This document shows positions 40,227 to 54,382 of a stretch of DNA of 64,000 bases, in pieces. Origin of the DNA: an uncultured Streptococcus sp. Lineage in GTDB: Bacteria > Bacillota > Bacilli > Lactobacillales > Streptococcaceae. The DNA is taken from assembly GCF_963528215.1 (NCBI RefSeq), contig NZ_CAURVL010000010.1:6472-70471 (forward strand), read 5' to 3'. The notes beneath the pieces were generated by a model. The model made no database searches, was not told where the DNA came from, and saw only the letters and a program-made list of their open reading frames with translations. A program made the position numbers and the translations under genes. Numbering within the stretch: the stretch's first letter is position 1; each line of letters starts with the position of its first letter.

Positions 40227-41576
40227 TTACATGTGCTCTTGCACAAGATTATGCAGCCATTTCCCTGAGAAGACACGAGGGATGCCCCAGATTGGCTTGA
40301 GAATGTCTTCGCCATTTATCACAAGAAAGATTAGCCAAATGGGAGCCTGCAGGCTAACTAGGACATAGCCAAGTGGAATGCTGAAGAGCCAAACAGGTAA
40401 AATATCTAGCAGGCAGGCATAGTTGGTATCGCCTCCGCTACGTAAAATCCCAACGATTAAAACAACACTAAAAGCTTTTGGGATAAACAACAGGGCATTT
40501 AATTGAATCATCAAGATGGTTAGTTGCTCTGTCTGATTACTTAAATTGTAGAGTTTCAGGGCTAAGGGCATGGCCCAGATGAGTAGGATGCTGACGATTA
40601 GCCCGATAAGAGGTAGTAGAAGTAAGAAGCGCTTGGCATCTTGTAAGGCTTTTTCTGCTTGATTCTCTCCTATGGTATTGCCTAGCATAACAGCTACGGC
40701 ATTGCCTGCACCTCGTACAAAGACAAAACCAATTTGGGCAATGGCGCTAGCAATCTGGGTAGAGGCCACAACTTCAGTACCTAATAGTCCGATAATGGCC
40801 AAGCCAATCGATGTTCCGAGCGACCAAGCGCCTTCATTGAAGACGACTGGTAAGGTTTTTTTCAAAAATTGATAAACAAAGTCTTTATGAAAGGCAAAGA
40901 GTTCAGTTATGCTAGTTGCTCCAGCCATCCTTGTTCGATAGACACCAAATACTAACAAGCAAAGCTCCAGCAATCGAGCTATAAAGGTGGCAATAGCGGC
41001 ACCAACCAGTCCAAGTTTAGGAAACCCAATCAGTCCAAAAATAAGGACGGCATTGCCAATGATATTGGTCGCCATGGATAGGAGACTTGCAAGAGTTGGT
41101 AAGAAAACTTCGTTACTACAGCGACACATGGTGGCCAAGGAGGTTGTGATAGCTGTCATCAGGTAGGTCCAGGAGACGATAGATAGGTACTGGGCACCCA
41201 ACTGAATAGCTTCGGTATCATGGATATAAAAGCCAATCAGTTGCTTGGGAAAGAGTAAAGCGACTAAAGTAAAGGAAGCGGAGATGAGCCCGCTCAGCAT
41301 ATAGACTAATCCCAAGGTTTTTCTCATATCAGCAATTCGCTGGGCTCCCCAGTATTGGGCCATGAAGACAGAAGCTCCGCTACCGATACCAAACTGTACA
41401 ATAGTCAAGAGAAAGAAAATCTGGTTGGCAGCACCAGCAGCTGCGATTTGTTTTTCCCCTAGCTGTCCAATCATGACAACATCAGCTAGATTGACAGCGC
41501 TGGCTAGTAGAAATTGAAGAGAAAACGGTAGACTGAGACGTAAGAATTGTTTCAGAAATGTTTTCTTTTCACTCAC
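40227..41576 (-). CDS. MATE-family transporter
   Basis: NLADVVMIGQLG, AQYWGA, GILRSGGDT; GTG start after aaggagg. Confidence 0.88.
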   Translation of the reverse strand: MSEKKTFLKQFLRLSLPFSLQFLLASAVNLADVVMIGQLGEKQIAAAGAANQIFFLLTIVQFGIGSGASVFMAQYWGAQRIADMRKTLGLVYMLSGLISASFTLVALLFPKQLIGFYIHDTEAIQLGAQYLSIVSWTYLMTAITTSLATMCRCSNEVFLPTLASLLSMATNIIGNAVLIFGLIGFPKLGLVGAAIATFIARLLELCLLVFGVYRTRMAGATSITELFAFHKDFVYQFLKKTLPVVFNEGAWSLGTSIGLAIIGLLGTEVVASTQIASAIAQIGFVFVRGAGNAVAVMLGNTIGENQAEKALQDAKRFLLLLPLIGLIVSILLIWAMPLALKLYNLSNQTEQLTILMIQLNALLFIPKAFSVVLIVGILRSGGDTNYACLLDILPVWLFSIPLGYVLVSLQAPIWLIFLVINGEDILKPIWGIPRVFSGKWLHNLVQEHM

Positions 41577-41727
41577 TCTCCCACCTCCTTTCGTTTCAAA
41601 TAGGATAAGCAATCAGTATGTCTAGTAACCTGATATCTAGAAAGTTTCTGCTTTTTTTGAATTGGATGATTCTGATTCCTCATAAATTTCGCTATTTCTA
41701 TCTGATAGCTTGAAATAAGCCTCAAGT

Positions 41728-43689
41728 TTAGTGATAATAGGCAATTTGATCAACAAAAATTTGACAATCTTTGTCAGCTTCTGTTTGAACCTCTACATTC
41801 TTCAATTCCTTTTCAGGATAAGGGTTTTGAATAGGAAATGCGAAGAAAGTTTGTTGCTCTTTTTGATAAGGTTTGGTGCTAAGCGAGACTTCAAATAATT
41901 GCTCATCTACCTTATAGATGGGTTCGCCAGGTAGAGGGTTGGTATTGGTAGTCCGATCCCAGTCAACACTTGTTTTGCCAATGTTTTCTCCAAAGATAAT
42001 GGGAAGAGTAAACTCGGTTTGATCAGTATAGGTTAGTAGGATATTTCCGATTTGATAGGTTTCCATTTCAGGGAAGACACCGTCCACAAACCATTGGTAT
42101 TCCACAAAATAGTCAGTAGCATAGCCGATTTCAATCCAGCTAGGATTCGCTAGTGTTTCAAGGCTGCGCGAGTGGTTTTGCAGGTCAGGATAGTGGTAAT
42201 GGAAGAGATATGATAAGGTTTTATCACGGATTGTCGCATAGTCTTCATCACGATAGTCATGATTCCAAAACATCTCGTATGCATAGGCCAAGCCGAAGAA
42301 AATGACATTTCTCTGCAGGATTACCTCATTTAAGGTGCTCCAGTTGGAGATGATAGCTCCCTTGCTGCCCTTCTTCAAGTGCTCAGCCCAATGTGGAAAG
42401 AGATAGCCTTCAAAATTACCATAACGGATGTTAAAGCCTTCTTCCAAGACTTCATCTTCCAGTTTTTCATCCAAACTCCAGAGCCAATGGAGAATTTCGA
42501 CATCTTTGGGAATCTGGTGAATGGCCTGCCAGGTTGCCGGCATAATGCCAACTTTTGTGCCTGTATCTTTTTTGAACTGAGGAGTGTACATGATGATTTC
42601 TGCTCCACCAAAAGGCCCTGCATCAGGAACGATAGCGTTCTTCAGTAACTTGTCTCCCCAAATCATGGTTCGGACATTTTTCTGCTTGAGGTGGTCATAA
42701 ATCTTGATAATGTCCTCTGCAAAGATATCAGCTCCAGCCTTCCCTTTGCAACGCTCACACATGGCAATTGAATAGTATTCATCATGCCCGATATTGATGA
42801 CTTCTGGTTCAAAGACCTCAATGATTTCATCCAGAACATCAAAGAGGAGTTCATAAGAGGCAGGATTTGATGGGCAGTAAGTGTCTGGATAAGGATCTTC
42901 AGGGATTTCTGCAATTTCTGGGTGGCCAAGCATCAAATAATCGCAGTGACCGAGGGATGGCACTTCAGGAATCACTTCAAAAAATCGTTCCTTACAGTAG
43001 AGGACCAGATTTTTCACATCATTTTGACTTAGAAACTCCCCATCACCATTTTCCATGTGAATGGCATTCTTGTACCAAGGGAAGGTATAGTCTTGGATTT
43101 CTTTGGTCTTGCCAGAGTATTCAGCCATATCAGCACAATATTTAATCCACTCTTGATTAATTTTAGGGTGTTTTTTATATTCCATAGCACCGCCGATTTC
43201 AATCATGAGGGTATTGTACTTGAAGAAAGCAAGCATATCCACAAATTGCTTGAAGAAATCCATATTCTTACGAGACGGTAAAAAGACCTTGAGGCCACGC
43301 TCGGAACAGACGGGTTCGTCGTAGGCCAAGCCATAAGGCAAGTAGCCATCCTGCAACATTTGGATAATTGAAATAGCCCCATAAAATAAGCCACGCTGGG
43401 ATAAGGCATAAACGAAAATACCGTTTTGAGCAACCTTTACGATGTGCGCTTCAGGGTTGGATGGATAGGGAAGCGAAAAGGACTGCATGACCTCTTGTCC
43501 GACTTCTAAGGAAATCTCTTCTACGAAATGAATAGCAGGGAAAGCTAGTTGTCTATCATTTCTTGCTATTGGATAAGCCCGTAAAGTTTCGGTCAAAATA
43601 GGAAGAGGGCTGAATATTTGAGTTTCTTTAGTGAAATAGCGACCGCTGTTTTCTTGTTTCCAATATTGAGGTGTGATGCCTTGTTTCAT
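41728..43689 (-). CDS. GH20-like beta-N-acetylhexosaminidase, no signal peptide
   Basis: VIPEVPSLGH, INIGHDEY (catalytic DE), MIWGD. Confidence 0.82.
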   Translation of the reverse strand: MKQGITPQYWKQENSGRYFTKETQIFSPLPILTETLRAYPIARNDRQLAFPAIHFVEEISLEVGQEVMQSFSLPYPSNPEAHIVKVAQNGIFVYALSQRGLFYGAISIIQMLQDGYLPYGLAYDEPVCSERGLKVFLPSRKNMDFFKQFVDMLAFFKYNTLMIEIGGAMEYKKHPKINQEWIKYCADMAEYSGKTKEIQDYTFPWYKNAIHMENGDGEFLSQNDVKNLVLYCKERFFEVIPEVPSLGHCDYLMLGHPEIAEIPEDPYPDTYCPSNPASYELLFDVLDEIIEVFEPEVINIGHDEYYSIAMCERCKGKAGADIFAEDIIKIYDHLKQKNVRTMIWGDKLLKNAIVPDAGPFGGAEIIMYTPQFKKDTGTKVGIMPATWQAIHQIPKDVEILHWLWSLDEKLEDEVLEEGFNIRYGNFEGYLFPHWAEHLKKGSKGAIISNWSTLNEVILQRNVIFFGLAYAYEMFWNHDYRDEDYATIRDKTLSYLFHYHYPDLQNHSRSLETLANPSWIEIGYATDYFVEYQWFVDGVFPEMETYQIGNILLTYTDQTEFTLPIIFGENIGKTSVDWDRTTNTNPLPGEPIYKVDEQLFEVSLSTKPYQKEQQTFFAFPIQNPYPEKELKNVEVQTEADKDCQIFVDQIAYYH

Positions 43690-43772
43690 GATCTACTCCT
43701 TGAACTATCTGAATATCTGCGAGTCATAAAAAATTTGGGCGCAGAAAAGAAGGTATGGATCGGATTTGCCTT

Positions 43773-44210
43773 TTACTGAGTTTTCGCTTTTCTAGCCTTC
43801 TCAATTTCCCCTTGAATCTTATAGAGATTTTCCGAAAGGCGACCAAAGTAGAGAAGCTCTCCCATCCACTTGATGAGCTTGCTTTTTGAATTTTTTGTTA
43901 ATTTATTTTGTTCTTGTTCTAGCGTAACCTCAAGCCCTTTTGAGCAAGGCTTGGTCTTGTAGGAAGTAATCGTTTTTTCACTGTGGGACGAGATTTGAAT
44001 GACGTAGGTTTCATGGCGACGATAGTCCAGAATCTCATAATCAGTCTTGGTATAGACATTGTCTGACAATTTTGAGTAACGAAGTCCTTTCTTTAACCTA
44101 TCTATCTTTTTTGTTTGATTGTCAGTTTGATTGATTTGATTCAGAAACTCGCTTTCCAAGAAGTCATAAAATTCATCTGAAGTGACTTGGAGTTCTCTAA
44201 TAATCTTCAT
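43773..44210 (-). CDS. hypothetical protein (DUF3284-like)
   Basis: 145 aa ORF; size and position beside a cellobiose-family PTS resemble DUF3284. Confidence 0.6.
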   Translation of the reverse strand: MKIIRELQVTSDEFYDFLESEFLNQINQTDNQTKKIDRLKKGLRYSKLSDNVYTKTDYEILDYRRHETYVIQISSHSEKTITSYKTKPCSKGLEVTLEQEQNKLTKNSKSKLIKWMGELLYFGRLSENLYKIQGEIEKARKAKTQ

Positions 44211-44582
44211 AAATTAAGTATATAATAAGCTCTTGTGGAAAGTAACCCCCTGAGGAAAAAGAGACGGATTTTAATAAATTTTTATACTCTTTAGCTTTGT
44301 GTTATACATTATCATAAAAAACGATTAATTTTTATACACTAATTTTACGATAGGTTCTAAAATATATTAAAGGAATTACTTAAAAATAGCAAAGTACCAG
44401 AGGTAGAGCACGTAAGAAACTGCTGCTTTAAATTTTTTATAATAAATTGAGTATGAATGGCATTTGAAAATGGATACACTAAGCTAGAAAACTGTATATT
44501 AAGACAATATAAACGCTTTTGACAGTAGAATAGAGCTATAGTAAACTTTGGGTAAGAAGTCAAATTGAAAGGAGGAGTTTGT

Positions 44583-44915
44583 ATGGAAGAATGGAATAGT
44601 TCAGCGGAGATTATTGCCATGTCCTTAATTGCCAATTCTGGTGCAGCCCGATCCTTAGCTTTTGAAGCACTTAAAAAAGCAAAACTAGCAGAATTTGATG
44701 CAGCTAAGGAATTAATGGATGAGGCAAATAGTGTAATTTTAAAGGCCCATCATTCCCAAACAGATTTATTGCAGGAAGAAGCACAAGGAAACGGTCATCA
44801 GTTGAGTATACTGCTTGTTCATGCACAAGATCATTTTATGACGAGTCTCTTGGCCATTGACCTTATCACTGAGATGATTGAGCTGTATTCCAATAGAGAA
44901 GGAGAAAGACAATGA
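44583..44915 (+). CDS. PTS lactose/cellobiose-family IIA
   Basis: SGAARS, AHHSQT, LVHAQDH; RBS aggagg. Confidence 0.93.
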   Translation: MEEWNSSAEIIAMSLIANSGAARSLAFEALKKAKLAEFDAAKELMDEANSVILKAHHSQTDLLQEEAQGNGHQLSILLVHAQDHFMTSLLAIDLITEMIELYSNREGERQ

Positions 44916-45202
44916 AAATCTTATTAATATGTGCAGCTGGTATGTCCACGAGCATCCTGATGAAAAAAATGGAGCAATATGCAAATGACCAAGGTATTGA
45001 CCTCGATATCAAAGCGGTCGGATTGATGGACTATCAAGATTATGCTCAGGACTATGACGTAATTTTATTAGGTCCTCAGGTTTCTTATAAACTTGATTCT
45101 GTCAAAGAGACAGTTTCAAAACCTGTTGCCACCATCCCAGCTATGGATTATGCAATGGGAGATTGTAAGAATATCTTTCAATTAATTAAAGCAATATCTT
45201 AA
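44912..45202 (+). CDS. PTS cellobiose-family IIB
   Basis: CAAGMSTS, LLGPQV. Confidence 0.95.
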   Translation: MKILLICAAGMSTSILMKKMEQYANDQGIDLDIKAVGLMDYQDYAQDYDVILLGPQVSYKLDSVKETVSKPVATIPAMDYAMGDCKNIFQLIKAIS

Positions 45203-45215
45203 GGAGGTTTTTCTG

Positions 45216-47926
<2,711 letters not shown>

Positions 47927-47928
47927 AA

Positions 47929-47968
47929 AAAAGTCAGCAGTTTATAGGGATATAAACTGCTGACTTTT
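47929..47968. terminator. bidirectional terminator
   Basis: 18 bp perfect stem aaaagtcagcagtttata / tataaactgctgactttt between convergent genes. Confidence 0.85.
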
Positions 47969-47973
47969 CTTTT

Positions 47974-48156
47974 TTATTTTTCTCGCATTTGACCTTGTGG
48001 GAAGTAGGTTCCTTCTGGCATGTCGTTAATGATGACATGGACAGCAGACTGAGGTGCGCCTGTATTTCTGATAACAGCTTCAGTTACTTCCTTGGCGAGA
48101 GCTTTTTTCTGCTCCAGAGTACGACCTTCAAATAAATCAATTCTAACAAATGGCAT
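47974..48156 (-). CDS. 4-oxalocrotonate tautomerase family protein
   Basis: N-terminal Pro, EGRTLEQK; 60 aa; RBS aaggagg. Confidence 0.93.
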   Translation of the reverse strand: MPFVRIDLFEGRTLEQKKALAKEVTEAVIRNTGAPQSAVHVIINDMPEGTYFPQGQMREK

Positions 48157-48279
48157 ATTTTCTGCCTCCTTTATTTCTTTATCATTATTTTATCACAAAT
48201 GAGGTTTTAAAGAGTAGTGAATTATGGTAAAATAATGTGAAGTAAAAATGGAGATAGTGAATTAGCAAAGATTTAAATT

Positions 48280-48852
48280 ATGGCTCAGTTATACTACAAA
48301 TATGGCACGATGAATTCGGGCAAGACCATTGAGATTTTAAAAGTCGCCCACAATTATGAAGAACAAGGCAAGAGCGTAGTTATCATGACCTCGGCTGTTG
48401 ATACCCGAGACGGTTTTGGTGTCGTTTCTAGTCGTATCGGTATGAAGCGGAATGCTATAGCTATTGAAGACCAGACGGATATTTTTGGCTATATCCAGCA
48501 GTTGTCTGAAAAGCCTTATTGCGTTTTGATTGATGAGGCTCAGTTCTTGAAACGCCATCATGTCTATGATTTGGCTAGAGTGGTGGATGAGCTAGATGTT
48601 CCGGTGATGGCTTTTGGTCTGAAAAATGATTTTCGCAATGAACTCTTTGAAGGCTCCAAACACCTCTTGCTTTTAGCTGACAAGATTGAGGAGATTAAAA
48701 CCATTTGCCAATATTGCTCTCGTAAGGCCACCATGGTTTTACGGACTGATAACGGAAAGCCGGTTTATGACGGAGAGCAGATTAAAATTGGCGGCCACGA
48801 GACCTATATCTCAGTCTGCCGCAAGCACTATTTTAACCCTGACATTAAATAA
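48280..48852 (+). CDS. tdk: thymidine kinase
   Basis: [14 protein letters not shown], zinc-binding cysteines. Confidence 0.97.
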   Translation: MAQLYYKYGTMNSGKTIEILKVAHNYEEQGKSVVIMTSAVDTRDGFGVVSSRIGMKRNAIAIEDQTDIFGYIQQLSEKPYCVLIDEAQFLKRHHVYDLARVVDELDVPVMAFGLKNDFRNELFEGSKHLLLLADKIEEIKTICQYCSRKATMVLRTDNGKPVYDGEQIKIGGHETYISVCRKHYFNPDIK

Positions 48853-48887
48853 TCTAACGATAGAAAAAAGGAGATGATGAAAAATCT

Positions 48888-49967
48888 ATGAACATCTATG
48901 AACAGTTACAAGCGGTGGAAGATCGCTACGAAGAACTTGGTGAACTCCTAAGCGACCCTGATGTAGTTAGTGATACCAAGCGTTTTATGGAGCTTTCTAA
49001 GGAAGAAGCCAGCACCCGAGATACAGTGACGGCATACCGTGAGTATAAAAAAGTCCTGCAAAACATCACAGACGCTGAAGAAATGATAAAAGACGCCTCT
49101 GGTGATGCGGACTTGGAGGAAATGGCCAAGCAAGAACTAAAAGATGCTAAGGCTGAAAAAGAAGAATACGAGGAAAAACTAAAAATCCTTCTTTTACCGA
49201 AAGATCCAAATGACGACAAGAATATTATCCTTGAAATCCGCGGAGCTGCAGGAGGAGATGAGGCTCAGTTGTTTGCAGGAGATCTCTTGCAGATGTATCA
49301 AAAATATGCTGAAAGCCAAGGCTGGCGCTTCGAAGTTATGGAAGCTTCTTACAATGGTGTAGGTGGGATCAAGGAAGTGGTTGCTATGGTTTCGGGGCAG
49401 TCGGTCTACTCAAAGCTTAAGTATGAATCTGGCGCTCACCGCGTACAGCGGGTTCCTGTAACCGAAAGCCAAGGTCGCGTTCACACCTCTACGGCAACTG
49501 TCTTGGTTATGCCAGAAATTGAAGAAGTAGAATACGACATTGATCCTAAAGATTTGCGGGTGGACATCTACCACGCTTCAGGTGCCGGCGGACAGAACGT
49601 CAATAAGGTTGCAACTGCGGTTCGTATTGTCCATCTGCCAACCAATATCAAGGTCGAAATGCAGGAAGAACGTACCCAGCAGAAGAACCGGGATAAGGCT
49701 ATGAAAATCATCCGAGCTCGTGTGGCAGACCATTTCGCTCAAATCGCTCAAGATGAGCAGGATGCGGAGCGCAAGTCTACGATTGGTACAGGTGATCGCT
49801 CAGAGCGGATTCGTACCTATAATTTCCCACAAAACCGGGTGACAGACCACCGTATCGGATTGACTCTGCAAAAACTGGACACGATTTTAGCCGGCAAACT
49901 GGATGAAGTCGTTGATGCTCTGGTTCTCTATGACCAAACACAAAAACTAGAAGAGCTGAATAAATAA
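48888..49967 (+). CDS. prfA: peptide chain release factor 1
   Basis: GGQ and PVT motifs. Confidence 0.98.
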   Translation: MNIYEQLQAVEDRYEELGELLSDPDVVSDTKRFMELSKEEASTRDTVTAYREYKKVLQNITDAEEMIKDASGDADLEEMAKQELKDAKAEKEEYEEKLKILLLPKDPNDDKNIILEIRGAAGGDEAQLFAGDLLQMYQKYAESQGWRFEVMEASYNGVGGIKEVVAMVSGQSVYSKLKYESGAHRVQRVPVTESQGRVHTSTATVLVMPEIEEVEYDIDPKDLRVDIYHASGAGGQNVNKVATAVRIVHLPTNIKVEMQEERTQQKNRDKAMKIIRARVADHFAQIAQDEQDAERKSTIGTGDRSERIRTYNFPQNRVTDHRIGLTLQKLDTILAGKLDEVVDALVLYDQTQKLEELNK

Positions 49968-50797
49968 TGGTAATGGCTCAATATTTGGCGGAGTTAGAGC
50001 AGGAGCTAGTAGCAGCAGGAGAAGAAGCGGAAAGTCTGTCTTTCGTTTATCGGGCTCTCAATAAGCTCTCCTTTACCGACTTTGTTCTCAAACTTAGGGC
50101 AGAAGTAAGTCAAAAAGACCGTGACCACCTAAAAGCGATTCAAGAGCAGCTGCTTGCTCATAAGCCTGCCCAGTATATCATTGGTAGCAGTGATTTTCAC
50201 GGTTTGACTCTCAAGGTAGACGAGCGGGTGTTGATTCCAAGGCCTGAGACCGAAGAGCTAGTGGAGCTGATTTTGTCAGAAAATCCTGAAAGTTCTCTGT
50301 CTGTCTTGGATATAGGGACTGGTAGCGGAGCCATTGCTCTTGCACTGGCAAACAGCCGTCCAGACTGGCAGATTACTGCTTCTGATCTCTCGGGCCATGC
50401 TCTTGCCTTGGCAGCAGAAAACGCTCAGTCTTGCGGCCTTAACCTTGCTTTTGTCCAATCTGATTGCTTGGATGCTATCCAAGGAAAATTTGACATCGTC
50501 GTCTCCAACCCACCCTATATTTCAGAAGCAGATAAAGACGAAGTTGGACTTAACGTTCTGACCTCAGAGCCTCATATGGCCCTCTTTGCTGAGGAAGATG
50601 GCTATGCTGTCTATCGGAAAATAGCAGGGCAGGCAGGGGAATATCTGACAGCAAAAGGAAAAATCTATCTGGAAATTGGTTACAAGCAAGGAGATGGTGT
50701 CAGGGAGTTACTGAAACAATCCTTCCCACACAAACGAATCCGAGTTCTGAAAGATCAATTCGGCAAAGATAGAATGGTGGCGGTTGACAATGGATAA
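49967..50797 (+). CDS. prmC: release factor glutamine methyltransferase
   Basis: LIPRPETE, DIGTGSG, NPPY. Confidence 0.96.
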   Translation: MVMAQYLAELEQELVAAGEEAESLSFVYRALNKLSFTDFVLKLRAEVSQKDRDHLKAIQEQLLAHKPAQYIIGSSDFHGLTLKVDERVLIPRPETEELVELILSENPESSLSVLDIGTGSGAIALALANSRPDWQITASDLSGHALALAAENAQSCGLNLAFVQSDCLDAIQGKFDIVVSNPPYISEADKDEVGLNVLTSEPHMALFAEEDGYAVYRKIAGQAGEYLTAKGKIYLEIGYKQGDGVRELLKQSFPHKRIRVLKDQFGKDRMVAVDNG

Positions 50798-51380
50798 GAT
50801 AGAAAAGACTCTGGCAGCAGGCGAAGCGGTTGTCTTGCCGACAGAAACTGTTTATGGCCTCTTTGCTCAGGCTTTGAATCAAAAGGCGGTTGAACGAGTC
50901 TACGAATTAAAACGAAGACCTCGTGACAAGGCTCTTAATCTCAATGTGGCTAGCTTGGAAGAGATTTATGCCTTTTCCAAGAATCAGCCCAGTTATCTGG
51001 AGCAACTCTATCAAACCTTTCTGCCTGGACCGCTGACTATTATCCTCAAAGCCAATGACCGAGTGCCTGCTTGGATAAACTCAGGTATGGAAACTGTGGG
51101 CTTTCGGATTCCTAAACATCCAGTTACCCTGGACTTGATTAGCAAGTACGGTCCCTTGATTGGTCCATCCGCCAATCTTTCTGGAAAAGCCAGTGGAACT
51201 TCTTTCCAGCAGATTATGATGGATTTTCAAGAGGAGGTCTCAGGGCTAGAAGATGATGCATCCTTGACAGGTCAGGATTCAACTATTCTAGACTTGTCTG
51301 GAGAAAAGGCACTTATTCTACGCCAAGGGGCAATCACTCGCGAGGATATTCTCGCCCAAGTAAATGATATAAAATTTTAA
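50790..51380 (+). CDS. tsaC: threonylcarbamoyl-AMP synthase (Sua5/YrdC)
   Basis: PTETVYGL, KRRP, PGPLT, SANLSG. Confidence 0.93.
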   Translation: MDKIEKTLAAGEAVVLPTETVYGLFAQALNQKAVERVYELKRRPRDKALNLNVASLEEIYAFSKNQPSYLEQLYQTFLPGPLTIILKANDRVPAWINSGMETVGFRIPKHPVTLDLISKYGPLIGPSANLSGKASGTSFQQIMMDFQEEVSGLEDDASLTGQDSTILDLSGEKALILRQGAITREDILAQVNDIKF

Positions 51381-51427
51381 CTTTTAGGACCTAAGGTCCT
51401 ATTTTCGCAAAAGAAGGGAGACACCTT

Positions 51428-52690
51428 ATGATTTTTGACCAAGAAGACTACAAAGCATTTGACCCAGAGATTTGGGAAGCAGTTGCTAAAGAAGAAGAAC
51501 GTCAGCAGCATAATATTGAGCTGATTGCTTCAGAAAATGTCGTTTCTAAAGCTGTCATGGCTGCTCAAGGTTCTATTTTAACCAATAAGTACGCTGAAGG
51601 CTATCCTGGTCGCCGTTACTATGGTGGGACAGATGTAGTGGATGTGATTGAGAGACTGGCAATTGAACGCGCCAAGGAAATCTTTGGTGCCAAGTTTGCT
51701 AATGTTCAGCCTCACTCAGGCAGCCAGGCTAATTGTGCAGCTTATATGGCTTTGATTGAGCCAGGTGATACTGTTATGGGTATGGATTTGTCTGCCGGCG
51801 GCCACTTGACTCATGGTGCATCAGTCAGCTTCTCTGGTCAAACCTATAATTTTGTATCCTATAGTGTTGATCCGGAAACAGAATTGCTGGACTTTGATGC
51901 AATCCTCCAGCAAGCCAAAGAGGTTCAGCCTAAGCTGATTGTGGCGGGGGCTTCAGCCTACTCTCATATCATTGACTTCTCAAAATTCCGTGAAATCGCT
52001 GATGCGGTAGGTGCTAAGCTTATGGTAGATATGGCTCACATTGCTGGTTTGGTTGCTGCAGGTCTCCATCCGAGCCCTGTGCCTTATGCGGATATCACAA
52101 CAACAACGACCCACAAGACCTTACGTGGTCCTCGCGGTGGCTTGATTTTGACAAATGATGAAGACCTAGCTAAGAAAATTAACTCAGCTATCTTCCCAGG
52201 CATTCAAGGCGGACCATTGGAGCATGTCATTGCAGCCAAAGCAGTTGCCTTTAAAGAAGTACTTGACCCAGCTTTCAAGGTTTATGCTCAGCAGATTTTG
52301 GACAATGCCCAAGCAATGGCGCAAGTCTTCCGTCAGCATGACAAGTTCCGTGTGATTTCTGACGGTACTGAAAATCACCTTTTCTTGGTGGATGTCACTA
52401 AAGTTGTAGAAAATGGGAAAGTAGCTCAAAATCTCTTGGATGAGGTTAATATCACGCTTAATAAAAACTCCATCCCTTACGAAACTTTGTCACCGTTTAA
52501 GACTAGCGGCATTCGTATCGGCACAGCAGCTATTGCAGCTCGAGGCTTTGGTGTAACAGAAAGTATCAAGGTAGCAGAGCTTATTATCAAGGCTCTGGAA
52601 AACGCTGAAAACGAAGCGGTGCTAAATCAGGTGCGGGCAGAAGTTCGCGAATTGACGGACGCTTTTCCACTCTATGAGGGCTTGAACTAA
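51428..52690 (+). CDS. glyA: serine hydroxymethyltransferase
   Basis: [19 protein letters not shown]. Confidence 0.98.
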   Translation: MIFDQEDYKAFDPEIWEAVAKEEERQQHNIELIASENVVSKAVMAAQGSILTNKYAEGYPGRRYYGGTDVVDVIERLAIERAKEIFGAKFANVQPHSGSQANCAAYMALIEPGDTVMGMDLSAGGHLTHGASVSFSGQTYNFVSYSVDPETELLDFDAILQQAKEVQPKLIVAGASAYSHIIDFSKFREIADAVGAKLMVDMAHIAGLVAAGLHPSPVPYADITTTTTHKTLRGPRGGLILTNDEDLAKKINSAIFPGIQGGPLEHVIAAKAVAFKEVLDPAFKVYAQQILDNAQAMAQVFRQHDKFRVISDGTENHLFLVDVTKVVENGKVAQNLLDEVNITLNKNSIPYETLSPFKTSGIRIGTAAIAARGFGVTESIKVAELIIKALENAENEAVLNQVRAEVRELTDAFPLYEGLN

Positions 52691-52691
52691 G

Positions 52692-53666
52692 ATGGATATT
52701 TACGTAAAAAAAGCGATTATTCATCAATTCAGCCCAGCTGATACCGAACTACTGCTGGCGGATAAGTTTCTCAACATTACTCCCAAGATTGAAGAATACC
52801 TGCGCAAGAAGATTGAACGGGTCTATTCTGACGATGCTAAAACAGGTGTTTTCGATCCCGAAAATGTCTTTTTAGCTCAGCTTTCAGATGACCTACTGGA
52901 AACATCAGTGACAGTTGCCAAGCTCTGGCAGGAGGAGTTTTCAGTCAGTGAAAATCAGAAAACCAATGATCTGATTTTTGTCCAGTTTGACAAAGAGGGT
53001 GTGGAACACTTTGCTTTTCTGCGGATTGCTCTGCGGGAAACTCTGACCCACTTAGGTGGCGAGGTGGACAATCCTATCAAGCTGACGCAGAACAATCTGC
53101 CTGGCTTTGGTACGGGTGCGGACGAGGCTTTGGTCATCAATCTCAAATCTCGCAAGTACCATCTGATTGAAAAGCGCATCAAGTATAACGGTGCCTTTCT
53201 CAATTATATGTCAGATAATCTCTTGCAGGTCAATCCGACAATCTCAGCTAAGAAATCAATCAAAGCTCTAGAGAAGACAGCTCAGAAGGTTGCCGAAAGT
53301 TTTAACAAAGACGATTTTCAGTTCCAGTCCAAGGTCAAATCCAGTATTTTCAAAAATCTGGAAGAAAATGACGAACTGTCGCCTGAGAAGTTGGCCGATG
53401 ATCTTTTTGACAGCAATCTGACTGCCCGACTTACCTTTATTGACCAAGTCAAGGAAGCTATTCCAGAGCCAGTCAAGTTTGATGAGATTGACAGCAGCCG
53501 CCAGAAGAAAAAGTTCGAAAATCAGAAACTCTCCCTTTCAAATGGAATTGAGCTCATCGTTCCTAATAATGTCTATCAGGACGCAGAGTCGGTAGAATTT
53601 ATCCAGAACGATAACGGGACCTATTCTATTTTGATTAAGAACATCGAGGATATCCAAAATAAATAA
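52692..53666 (+). CDS. nucleoid-associated protein (NA-37/YejK-like)
   Basis: KKAIIH N-terminus; position after glyA. Confidence 0.75.
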   Translation: MDIYVKKAIIHQFSPADTELLLADKFLNITPKIEEYLRKKIERVYSDDAKTGVFDPENVFLAQLSDDLLETSVTVAKLWQEEFSVSENQKTNDLIFVQFDKEGVEHFAFLRIALRETLTHLGGEVDNPIKLTQNNLPGFGTGADEALVINLKSRKYHLIEKRIKYNGAFLNYMSDNLLQVNPTISAKKSIKALEKTAQKVAESFNKDDFQFQSKVKSSIFKNLEENDELSPEKLADDLFDSNLTARLTFIDQVKEAIPEPVKFDEIDSSRQKKKFENQKLSLSNGIELIVPNNVYQDAESVEFIQNDNGTYSILIKNIEDIQNK

Positions 53667-54268
53667 TGTTTAAATTTCTAAGAAGACTGATTTTAGTCCT
53701 TTTCGTGCTCTTTGCTGGCTACAAGATTTATCAGGTTCATCATGATGTCAAGCAGGTCATGAAGTATCAGACATTGGTCAGAGAAGTGCTTGATGAGCAG
53801 GACACAGCGGCCAATGAAGAATTGGTGCTGGCCATGATTTATACAGAGACCAAGGGAAAAGACACCGATGTCATGCAGTCCAGTGAAAGCGCAACTGGTC
53901 AGACTAATGCCATCACGGATAACAAAGAAAGTATTCGCCAAGGAGTTCAGACCTTGTCTGATAACCTAGAGTTAGCTAGCGAGAAAAAGGTGGATGTTTG
54001 GACAGCAGTACAAGCCTATAATTTCGGTCAGGCTTATATCGACTACGTTGCTAAAAACGGTGGCGAAAATACGCTGGAGCTGGCTAAAAAATATTCCAAA
54101 GATGTAGTAGCACCAAGCTTAGGAAATGTAACTGGCAAGACCTACGGCTACTATAACCTGATTTCAATTTTCCACGGGCCAGAACTCTATATCAACGGCG
54201 GTAATTATTATTATTCTCGTCAGGTCAAGATGAACATGCACATCATGCGCCTCTTAAAATGGTTTTAG
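53666..54268 (+). CDS. lysozyme-like family protein (PvaA-like)
   Basis: N-terminal [16 protein letters not shown]. Confidence 0.8.
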   Translation: MFKFLRRLILVLFVLFAGYKIYQVHHDVKQVMKYQTLVREVLDEQDTAANEELVLAMIYTETKGKDTDVMQSSESATGQTNAITDNKESIRQGVQTLSDNLELASEKKVDVWTAVQAYNFGQAYIDYVAKNGGENTLELAKKYSKDVVAPSLGNVTGKTYGYYNLISIFHGPELYINGGNYYYSRQVKMNMHIMRLLKWF

Positions 54269-54382
54269 AAAGAAGTTTTCAAGCTTCTTTCTTTTTTGAT
54301 AGTGGAGTAATAATCCAGATATTTGTAACCACGATGGATACATGGTATAATTTTGTACATCTATCATAAAAAGGAATGAAAA

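Noticed and set aside
44458..44475. Sigma-54 -24/-12 promoter (TGGCAT...) upstream of the PTS genes
   Set aside because: No TTGC at the -12 position; a sigma-A-type promoter is present instead
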